Below the pieces are notes generated by a model. That model did not search any database. It was not told the DNA's origin and was given only the letters and a program-made list of their open reading frames with translations. The position numbers and the translations under genes are program-made. From Candidatus Omnitrophota bacterium (GTDB lineage: Bacteria; Omnitrophota; Gorgyraeia; Zapsychrales; Fredricksoniimonadaceae), in NCBI GenBank assembly GCA_016201795.1, contig JACQCF010000010.1:79095-143094 (forward strand): a stretch of DNA of 64,000 nt, given 5' to 3'. Shown piece after piece: positions 50,801 through 62,800 of this stretch (positions within the stretch are counted from its first letter, which is position 1; each line of letters opens with the position of its first letter).

Positions 50801-53800
50801 GGCTGGGTGGTACGGCTATGCGTGCCCTTTGGAGCCCGACCTTTAGAACACGTAATTTGGTTGGTAATCCGACGTTCCTCGGGCACGGTGCTATGATCCG
50901 AACTGATTATCTCAGAGAATTCTTCGGGGCCCAGCCGGATTATGTTGCTGAGGATATCATGATCGCTTTACTCTTTAGAAAATATGGAGTTGATGTCCGT
51001 TATGCGGATTACCTGGAAATGGGTGAAGGTATTGAGCAGTCTCTCGCGGACTATATGTCCCCAACCACCAAGAAATGGGCGCAGGGTACAAAAGAAGTTA
51101 CCAAAGGGCAAGGATTCAAACAATTAATATGGACCAAAGAAGTTCCGTTGAACGAACGAATCGACATTTGGTTACATGGTGTCGGGTTCTACACGATCCT
51201 CCACATGTTAGTTCCTGTAACTATTGTCCTCTATTTTGTTAATAATATGATTGGAATTAATCCATTTGCAATTATGGCGTATTTCATCGCTTTTGTCGGT
51301 ATGGCGGCCTCCATGGGGATCAATGCATATCTTTTGGTCGATAGGCTGGAAGGCGGCGAAGACGACGGCGGCATTAAAAACGCGTTCAAGAGTTTCGGCC
51401 TGTTCTTAGCTAAGGGCGCCCTCTTCTTCTGGACGCTTTTGATCGGAAACCAGATCATGGGCGTCATCATCGGTTGGATGGAGAGAGCCGAGTATATCAC
51501 CAGTAAGAAAGGCCCTGGTTTAACCCAAGAGAACCCGCGCCAGATGTACAACAGAACAAGGGGCGCAACGATTATGGCAGTTGGATTAGGATTGTTCATC
51601 GCCTTGTATACGTTAGCGGCAAACTTCATTATATCGCTTCCGATAGTTGCTTATGACCAGGAGTTCCCGTATCAGGTTATTGCTTCCATTCTCTATATTA
51701 TCGTTCAGATCAGCTGGGTCGCTTCGATCTCCTTATTTAATCCGGGACGAACGTTGCTTGGAAAAGCCAAAGATATCCTCTATCATATCGGGTATGCCTT
51801 AGAAGATATTGTCAACTTCTTGATTCGTGATCCGTTTATGAGACGTGTAGTGTACAGATATGTTTATCCGCTTTATCGGCTTATCGCAAATGGCTTTGAC
51901 AGCGACAGAACGGTTGTTGATATAGCCAACCGTCTATTAGGTCAAAAGAATGTTGAGTTGGATGAAGCAAATCTGAAGGCAATCTTCGGAGAAGATAAGG
52001 TCAATAGAGTCGCCGGTGTGTTTAAAGCAGGTCAGTTTGGCCAACAAGGAAGCCGTGCCATGACACGCAGCGGCAGGGAGAGGGAAAGAGAATTGGTATC
52101 TAAGATTATCTATGAAGATATGATGCGCATGGGACGGGATTTAGTTAAGGTCTTCTACGAAAAGAATAAAGTTGCACCAAATGACGATGAAATTGAAGAA
52201 TTTGCACAACGCTGGATTTATGAAGGCGGTAAATTTAACAGGGCGGTACGTAAACTCAATGATTATTTATCTATCCGGGTACCGAAACGGGAATTCTCTA
52301 CAACATTCGACCGTTTAGTTGATCACTTGTCATCAACGCAATCATTCTTGTTGGCTATGCAGGCCTACCGCCGCGTTATCGGCAGCGAAGAGAAGTTTAA
52401 GGACGATTACACCAAATTTTTATCTAACGGAAATAAAGCCTATGATCGGACACAAATTTCACAGAACAGCACAACAAAGCTGAGGGTATTAGCCGGTACC
52501 CTGGGTGTTGGGTTTGCAGTTATAGGCTTTGCGGTCGGATTAACGGTTATCGCTTATGCCCTCTTAGGCGTGTCTTTAGTTATACTCATCGGCAGTGCGT
52601 ATCTTCATATCATGGGCATCAGCACGATGGGTGAATTTATGCAAATGGTTAAAGGTCAAGCTGTACTCCACGGCTCCATTACAATAGACGCTGATGTTGA
52701 AAAAACTTTAGAGAATATCTGGGCTGATCCTTTCAAATCACTCAACCAGTTGGCTAATGAATTAACCATTGAATACCTAATGAATGAAGAACCGCGCGAT
52801 GCGGGTGAGTTAAGTTATGACCAATTCAAGCGACGTATCATTCAGGTTGTTACCGGGAACGAGTTAGACTTTGGCAACCCTGAAATCGCCAAGGCGGCAA
52901 AGACGGAAGCCAAAGAATTTATCATCCGCGTTTTAAGAGAATCGGATCAGGTCAAGCTTCCGGATGATGTCGGCGCCGAGGTCTTTATTAAGGAATTTTA
53001 TAATCGATACATTTTATCCCAAGCCGAAGTCAGCCTTGTTTATTCAACAGATAACAACGGTGAAGGCGTTCTGGATATGAAACTCATTGAAGAGATGCTG
53101 GTGATCAATCCTAACTTAAAAGTTTACCTTGTACCTAAAAGCCGGCCGGTCAGAAATGACTTTTCTTATATGGACGCCAATCGGGTTATGGCTATGACGT
53201 TAGAATTGGCCCGAAGACGAGGCGATGTTAATAAATATGACATCTTCAAGAAATTAAGAAGATTTAAAGGAAATTCAGAAGAAGGACGATTCCATATCTT
53301 TGAGCATGGCCCGATGGTTCAAGGTCTTGATCCGACCGGCATCAGTAAAGAGTTCTCATTCTTATTAAGAGAAGGACGAACGATTGAAGAAAGTCAACGT
53401 CGTGGTAATAAACTTGTCGATAAACGAGAAGTGGTTATGTTCAACAAAGGTCAGGCCAATGCCGAAATTAAGGGATGGCAGGCACCAGCCTATCTCGGGT
53501 TCATGGTCAAGGGCCGTGTTGCCGAAAAAGCTCACGGTGTCAGTAGGGACCGTCAACCGCAGGCTTCGATATTTGTCGGATTACGAGCCGGTATTCCGCA
53601 TTATATAGATTGGGCGATAGCGCACCGGGCGGATTTTGATCCTTATGCAGAGAAGTTCTTAAGCTCAGCCAGGCAGACAACCAAAGATTACATCAATGCG
53701 ATTATGGGTGCGAAGTTCAGAAAGATGTTGGGAGATAAGTTTGGTTGGGATGTTGACTTTGGTAAAAATAAATATAAACCATTAACAAATGAAATATTGT

Positions 53801-56800
53801 TTGCCCATCTTTTTAAAGGACGCTGGACAGATTTGCAGAAAAGAAAAGGCGATAATGAGTTTGTCGATTTCTTTATTAGCAAAATAGAAGAGATTTATTC
53901 CGATACGACGCTTGATGATGCGCAAAGAAGAGCCGCGGTAGAAAAGTTATTTAAAGAGTTAAAAGCTGAAGTGAAAAAGGCTCTCGAGGGTATGAAAAAA
54001 GGTATTGAAGAGAAAGCTCCCGGCATCGTTGCGAAGGCCTTTGATGAAATTTTAGCGGGTATCGATGCCGAATTTAATGAAGCTATAGAGGAGGCTAAAA
54101 AAGCCCACATGTTTGAGGTGGCACGTAGAGATGATGCTATTAAGCAGGCCATTTTGGCTGCCAGAGCAGAGCTTGAGAAAGAGGTGGAGCAGTTGGTTGC
54201 AGGGGTTAATGCGAAGCAGAACAAAATCGATGCAGTCATTGGAGATTTCTCTACTGTCAGTAGCCGCCTTGGCGCTGTCCAGCAACGGGTTAAGCTGGTG
54301 ATCGATGATATACAAAAACGGATTCAACAATATTATCGTCAAGGGGCTGAGATGCAAGGCGACAATTATAAAGGTTTTGGCAATTATGTTCCGCCGACGG
54401 AGGAACACCATAAGCGCGACTTATATGCCACTTATGAACAGTTACGCGAGGACAGCGAAGCCATTGTCGCTCAATTGAGACAGCTGAGAGAATTTTATGA
54501 GTCCAGAGGATACCAAGGGGATGAATCGGTAAAGTTCCTGGATAAAACGATTACCGCGATATTGAAGTTATTCTATAACTCAAGAAACGCCCTTAAAGAC
54601 TTAGCCGATGACAAAGCGTTACTGGCCGGATCAAGCGGCAGCGCCAGGCGCGATGCCATGGAGATGGAAGACAAGTTAAAAGTCCTTATGCATGCCTTAG
54701 TGGATAATGCCTTTAAACAAGTTCTCGAACACAAAGATGACAATATCTTCGGCGCCTTTAGATACCGGGCTGGTCAAATCTTGGCAGCAATTTATGAACA
54801 AGAACCGGGCGTTAATCAAAGCAGTGCCTTAAAGAGACGATACCAAAATATCCTCAATCAATTAACCTTCTGGTTTAGAAATATTGAACAAAGATATATC
54901 CACAATCACGCTCTTGGACTTATCAGCGCTGCTGATCAGACAGAACTTAAAGCTGCGCTCAATGAAGAAATAACAGCGCTCGAAGAATTATTGCTCGGTG
55001 TCAGGTCTGCCAAACATCAGGAAGTCAGCAGTCCTACTGCCGATGCCGGAGAAAACAAAGCGGTCATGCTGGCCAGTCGAATTGGAGCCATCAGAAGCAA
55101 GTTGCGTGATGCTCTGTGGGCCACGCTTACGGTCAAGGTTGAGCAACCGTTGGAAAAAGCCCTTATTGACGGGGAGATGACGATGGCTCAAAAGAAAAAA
55201 GTTTCCTTTGTTGAGCATATTGTTCCGCCGGTTACACCGATTCCGCAGGTCGACAGAGAGGACAAGACAGCAACAATCTTTAGTGAAAAACGAAATGAGC
55301 GATTTGTTGTTAGCTGGGGCTGGGCCAAACTGACAGGAGTCATCCTGTTTATCAGCGGCTTTATTATGGCATTTAATTCAGTGATCATTCGCGTGGTTGT
55401 CGGTGGTATAGGGCAGTTTGTCTTAAGAGAAAAAGGCATTGCCAACGACATTCTTGGGCAGATCACGCTGCCGGGTATCCGAGAATCAGCAGTCATGGGA
55501 ATGATCGCTATGGTTGCCGGTATTATGCTGATGGTTGTGGCCGGACGATTACGGTTCTATGCGGAGTTGGCGGTGCATGCTCCGGAGCACACCAATGACG
55601 ACAATCGTAAATTGCTGTTTAAGGGATCTATTGATACCAGCCGTGATCCGTCGGATAAAGTTTTGGTCAGAAGTAGCCGGGGCATTGTCCATCAAAGGGG
55701 TGGACGTATTTATGTCAATAAAACCGTATTATTAAAGAATTTCGGATTGCCGGCCCGTGTTTGGATGTTGGTATCAGCGATGACACAAACAATACATTAT
55801 AGAATTCCGCTATTAGTTTATATTCCGATTTTTGGTTCAATTCTAAGAGACACGGTTACAGCCCTGGTCGGAATTGCGCCGGTGGTCCTTGCCGCGATTG
55901 CCGCCTATGTGTTGGGCATGAATTGGTTAGAGATCCTTGGAGTAGCAGGTATAGGGGCTGTCGGCATGGCTTCCGTTGCAGGTATCTATTCTGCTTATGT
56001 TGGGATGACACATAAAGAAATAAATCTCCGTGAGTTTGACTTAGCATTTAAGAAGGCCTCCGGAGCAGACCAAGGTGCAGAGTGGAAGCTCACATCGAAA
56101 GAAACGGAAGAAGAGAAGATAAAGAGGATTAAGAGAAAAGAAGACAAGATTAATGATTTTGTTCAAGAATTCGTTGAAAATTATCTTAAGACCGAACGAG
56201 AGATTAAGATACTGCTGCTTGGCCTCAACGAAGATAGTGTTAAGCCGTTAAGAGAGTTTATTAATAATTACATGAAGAAAATTGGTAAAAATAATATTCA
56301 AATTGAGGTTTTAATAGACGCTGATGCGGAAAACTTAAAGGCATCCGCAAACGGATATAAGGCGGATGTTATTCTCGCCGTGGGTAACAAATTTGCCGAG
56401 AAAACTGGTTGGACAAAACCGACGTATGTCGCCTTTAACATTAACAAGGAAAATGCCGTTAAGCACGGGGTCGGCCTTAAGAAAGATAAGACCACCGGCG
56501 CAATCACCAGCTCAATTAACGGAAATGAAATATATCCGGCCTTTATCGCCCTGAAGCCGGGCGTAGAGCATATTGCCTATAATAATGAAACTGGCGAAAA
56601 TATACAAATTCAGTATACCTCCGAATATATAGAAGCGTTACTCAGCACGCAATATTATGCCTTAAGAAAATATGTTTATAAGGGTGAAGAAGAGAGATTG
56701 CTGAAAGATATCAAGAAAGATATGGATACGAGTACGAAAGGCTTAGGGTTACCTTTTGCTTATATTGTCCTGGGTGCGGTTCCGATTTTTGAAAAAGAAT

Positions 56801-59800
56801 CAGTCATCGGTGAATATCTGCCCAACTTCCAGCTGCAGAGTGTTGCCGGAAATCAGGAATTAGAAGAGTATATTAGTAAGATTGACGGCGCCGGTGCCGG
56901 CGGCGGCGGCGGGTTCACCTTTGTCACCTTAGTGGGACATAAGGAAGCGGCCAAAGGCAAGGGTATTGTTGCCGCCTATTCACCGACTTCCGATAACGGC
57001 GGGTCTACCGGGGAATTACGTATCGTGTTTATGCCGTTTAGAGGAACGACCGTGGCTATGGGTGATGGTATTCAAGTTACGCAGATGAACTTAGACATGA
57101 CGAAACATAAAATTTTGGAGATGCGTGTCGCTTCGGTAGGAACCAATGTTTTTGACGAAAAGTTCGGCGGAAGAGAAACAATGACCGCCACTGTGTTAAC
57201 CAAGATTATTGAGGAGATTAACAACCCGACAACGGATGACGGTACCAATCTTCTGGATACCCCGCTGCCGGTATACTTCTTGGCTAATCAATTAGCGCTC
57301 TCTAAGGTCTTTGATAAAAAGTTTCTTTTGGCCAAGACAGAAGAAGGCCGCCGCAGATATCCCAACCTTAATTTAAGAGGCGCGTCCATCCGAAACCTCG
57401 TTTGGATGGCCATGGCTGAACGGTACAATATCTATCCTGATGTTAGAGACCCTGTTGAAGCCGGGAAGAAAAAGGTCGAAAAGATGGAAGATCCGGAATA
57501 TGAGCAGTATAAGAAAGATTTGGCAGAGCGATTTAAGGCCTTCCAATGGATGCTTGAGAAGGCGACCACCACTCAATTTAAGGATCATGAAGGAAAGTAT
57601 ACCGGACAGGTTCACCAGGCCAATCCAACGATCAGCGGTTCCGAGATTGCCGTAACCTTTAAAGCACCGGTGACCGAAGATGAGATCAAGGTCATCGAAG
57701 CAAAGCTGCATGACTTCCGTAAATTCCTTTCAGAGGATCGACGTACGATTTATGGGCAGAGATTTATTGATAAACTTGAGCCGCCATATACAGCTTATCA
57801 AAGAGAACGTGATGTCGAAACAAATAATAGAGTTGTTGATTTTGAGGCTATGGGATCCTTCGTTCCTATTCATGAATCAGAGAGGGCCGCTGATGAAACC
57901 GAACGAACTATGAATCCTAAGAAATACAGAGGCCAAGAGATAGAATACAGACCGATGGCTCAACCAGGATGGTATCTGAAGATCAACACCGAGATCTTTG
58001 TCAATCAGGAATATATCGATACGCTTAAGGGAGCTAAGGTTAATACATTCGGTGCCGGTAGTTTGTTCAGCAGTCAGCTGCCTCAGTTAATTACCCGAGG
58101 AGCCGTTGATGCCTTGCTTCTGACAAAAGCGATCAATATCTTTGTCTTTAACAACGTTGCCATCGAAGAAACAATGAACATGAAGGCCATTGATATCATT
58201 AAATTTGTCGAAAAGCTGGCCTCACGGCATGTCTCTGATGACGTAGCCAAGATCATCGCCCAAAGACGCGGCTTGCAGGAGGGTGAATATTCCAGAGGAC
58301 AAGACGGCGAAAATAAAGGCGTATATTTCACGAAAGACAGCGATTACCTCATCCGCTTCGGCGATCTCTTTGACGGATATATTATTAACAAAGATGAGAC
58401 GCTGAAGAAAATTGAAGCGGAAATGAACAAGTTTAAAGATGAGAAAGTTGATGTGGCTCTGACAGTTTCAGAAGCGAAAAGAGCAGAGCTAATCGCTCAA
58501 ATACAACGGTATATTGTGATACAGCGAACTAAACTCGGTGAAGTTAATGCAAAGCTTGCGGCTTTACCAACCACAGATTTGACAGAGGAGCAACAGCAGC
58601 AAAAATCGCTGCTTACAGGGTATAAGGAATTCTATGAAGCTGACTTAAAGAAGGCTGAAAAATACATTGGGCAAATTACAGCGGAAGTTGTCAATGAAAG
58701 TCAATATAAACATGGGATATTAACGGTGTATGACGGCAGTGATGTTTCCTATGACGCCGAATTCAATAAGCTTGATATTGGTAAACGATATTTTGATGAA
58801 CAGGGCAATGACATTACCTGGATGTACAACTATGACAATCCGACCTATGGTTTCTACGGCGGTGGCCCCATGTGGATTGACGAAGAAGGAAACCGCTATA
58901 TAGAAAAAGGTTCGGATAACTTCTTCCGTATCATCGCTGACGCAGAACATTTTGAATACGTTGTCCCGAGCGAGAAGATCAGAAAAGAGTTGATCCATTA
59001 CAATAAGTATGTCCACTTCCTGTATACTCATCCGCTATTTGCTCGAAAAATCGGCGTTGATTTGACTGACCTTAAAGGCGACCTCGGACGGTTATCCTGG
59101 TATATCCATGACGGCCGTCTGGTGGGTGCACGGACCGAGGCCGGGCGATTTAGAGATGCCTTTGTCTTGAGTGATAAGGATAGGGAATATTTGGCCAAAC
59201 GTAATATCAAACATCCATATGAAGAAAATGTCCTCTCCTGGGTGCAAAAGCCTCTCAAAGCCGCCGGCCCGATTGTGGAGTTTGAAGATTTTGTGGCTTT
59301 GGATTCAGGACGCGTTAGCGCAATTATGACTGAGATCAAAAAATTACATGAAAGCATAAGAAAGCAATTCATCTTGTATTCCGGTCCGTCAGCGGTTGGA
59401 AAGAGCCCGCTTTGGAGACAGATGCAAAGGATGTATCCAGACACCTTCAGCCGAATCATCCTGTACCATTCAAGAGCTATGCGGCCGGGAGAAGGTGAAG
59501 GGGTTGATTATTACTTCCGGACAACTGAAGAGATTGAGCGTCTCGCTAAAGAGCAAGAAGATTTTGTGACCATGGATGTTTATGGGCAGATTCAGGGCAT
59601 TAACTTAAAAGACGTGAATGCGGCAGTTCAAAGCGGAAAGATAGCGATCGCTGAAGTCTCGGTTGATTGGGCGGATCATTTAAGAAAACTTTATCCGGAA
59701 ATCATCTATAGCATATTTGTTGCGCCGCTTAGCGATGTAGAAATAAAAGCCCGTGCCCAAGCCAGCGGAAAATCAGCGGATGAAGTTATCTACGAAGAGA

Positions 59801-62800
59801 TGCTTAATCGGCAGAATGAACGACACGCCGAGATGCCGACGGCAGAGGCCAAAAGAAAAGATCGGGCAAGAGCAGCGGTTGAAGAGATGGCCCGCAGAGG
59901 GGAATATGATGCCGTGGTTGTTAACGCTGACCTCAGAGATTTAAGCAGCTATGCTTCCCGCTGGGAAGGCTTGGAAGGACAGGCCTTGGTTGCAGAATTT
60001 ATGGCCTTGGTGAAGAAAGCCACCGCCTCCTTCCGTACCCGTCCCGGCAAAGAAGAACCGACCGATGAAGCCGTTCGTGAAACGATCGCCCAAATCGGTG
60101 GATTAGAACAAATGGCGGTTGTTGAGGATAAAGCCATTGAAAATGCGGTGAAAACATTAGAAAGACTTGGGCAACATGATGCGGCAAGATTATTAGAAAG
60201 AGCAGCCGAAATCGAAGAAGCCCATCAGGAAGCGCTCAGGTTTGAACATTTGGCCGTGGCTAACAGAGCCTTGAGGAACGCGGAACGTTTGGCCTTACAG
60301 GCTCGGGATGAAGCAGGGGCTCAACAGGCCTTAAAAGAATACGCAACGGCAATCACATTTTATCAGAAAGTCGATTCCGATGAGGCCAGGCAGAACCTGA
60401 AAGTCGCTCAAGCCAAAGAAAAGAGATTACGTAAGTCTCTCAAAGACTTCAAAGAATATTTTGATGTTATATCGGAGTCTGGTGAAAAGACGACAGAGAC
60501 TGTTTCCCGTTTTGAGGCGCATCAAAGAGGGATACGGCACGGCGGCATCAGTTTGATGGTTTTTGACCATGCTGGCCGTTTCCTGGGACAAATAAGGGCA
60601 GCGGACAAAGATGTCTTCCCATCGAAGCTTTCCAATGCCGCTGCCGGACACATCAAGGCCGGGCATGGACCCTATGAAACTTTATTGGCCGAAGGTCCGG
60701 AGGAAATCAGCATCGGCAGTAAGTCATTGGCATTGAATGAATCAAACGTCCACCAAATCGGCAAAGACTATGCCTATGATGGTTATCTGGAAATGTTTGA
60801 GTTTACTTATTTAAATGCCGCAGAAAAACAGGCGCTGGTTCAAGTGATGCAGGCGCGTTTGGGCAATCAGCAAGGCACAAAGACCCAACACATTCTGTAT
60901 GACATTAATGATGAATTATCGGTGATTTACCTGTTCACCTTCAATGCCACCCAACACCAGGCCTTAAATGAATTGGCGCAGGCCATCAGCCAGCAGACCG
61001 GGACTGGCCACGGCAATTATACCTATAATCGGGAGAAGAAATCTTTGTATGTTTACGCGCTCAACAGTCAGGAAGAAGATTTAGTGAATGAGATTATGTC
61101 GCAGATGAGAGGTGGTACACAGTTGCAGGAAACGGGTGAGGGCAAGGGCGAGGTGGCGGGATTGCGGTGGGTGGACTTTGATCATTTGGTTGAAGAATTC
61201 CATGCCCGTCCGCAGCAGTACACCGACGTGTTTGTTCCGTTGTTGACGGATGCACAAATCGTTGCACAGATCAAACAGGCGCAGCAAGCCGGAAACCGCA
61301 GGGTTTATGTGTTGGCCGATGTGGATAAAACATTATTACCTAAAGGTCAAACCTTACATGAACCTCAACAGGCCGCCATGCGTGATACGTTGGTGGGTGT
61401 TGTGGACGTGGTCACAAAAGCAGGTATCATTTCCGGAAATTCCCGTGCCGCTCAAAACAAACGCATCGTTGCTGGCATTACCGCAAAGGCCCGTCCCGAT
61501 ATTGACATGTATGTTAACGGTGGTGGCACATTGATGCAGTTGGCCGGCAACGACCAGTGGCAGAGCCGCAATATAGGCGGTGATTTGAAACAAGAACATT
61601 TGAATGCCGTGGTTGAAATTTTAACGGATCTGGCGGTGAATAAGAAGTTCCTGATGGATGAAGAAGAATTGGCAGCTTGGCGAGCGTATTTCAGTACCCG
61701 TCCGTCCGAGGGACCATTTAGCAACTCATTACCGGAAGGCTTCGGCCGTCGCCGCAATAAGGACTTTCATTTCGCGTTTGATTTCAGCTGGATCAACGGG
61801 AACAGCAATTTCAAGGTAGGTATTTTTGATGCCGAAGTTCTCGAAAACTCTCCGACGGACAGGAATTTACCGGTCACGGCTCCGTATGTCGAGACCCGTG
61901 ATGGAGTTTCATTCACAATTAAACCGTTATTAGGCTGGCAGGAATTGTTGCCTGACCGGGGCGAAGCGGCAGATATCCGTATTCGCTTGATTGAACATAT
62001 TGAACGCGAACTTGGCCGCCGTGGATTGGCCGGCGTTTATGAATTACGTCCGGGTGGCTCTTTGAGTATTGACGTGGTGCAGAAGGGCATTGATAAAGGT
62101 GTTGCGCTGTTGGATTTTGTCCGCCGTCATAACGTACGCCGGGTGAAAGTGTTCTCCGTCAGCGCCAATCCCCAGCGGCATGCTGCTTCCGTGCAGGGGA
62201 AGGTCACCTGGATTGGAGTTGGAGAACAAGCCACGCAGGCATTTTTACGCAAAGCCCTGGATGAAGGGACCCTGGCCAAGGAAGAGGAAGGGACATTGTG
62301 GTATATCGCCGACGAATTGAGCGAAAACGGTAATGACGTCCCGGCCGTGCTCGCCGCCGAAGCAGCCGGTCTGCTGGTTGTTCCGCAACCGGCGATTACC
62401 TCTAATCGCACGGCGGCCGAACGCAGAATCGCAGAGGGTGGGGTCAAGATTCGTCATTATGCTCCGCATACTTTGGAAAATTACGCGCAGCAACTGCAAT
62501 CAGGGTTCGAGGCCATTGGCGTGAATGCCCGGTTTGAAGTGGCGCAAAAAGGTGAAACGGCTCAAGCCTTCGCGGCACGGATCCAAGGACAAGTCGCGGA
62601 TGTGTCGATTGTGCAATTCCATGGCGCGGAAAAAGAAAAGCCGGTTGTTGCTCTGGATTATCCCGGCGAAGTTGTTGTGTTGATCCACCGTCCGGAAGAA
62701 GTTCTTTTAAGATACGGCTCGGCCAAGGTCCAGGAAATGTTAGCCAAGGCTAAGGCCATCATTCTCTTAGGCCGGGCGATGCGCAAAGAATATCAGCAAT

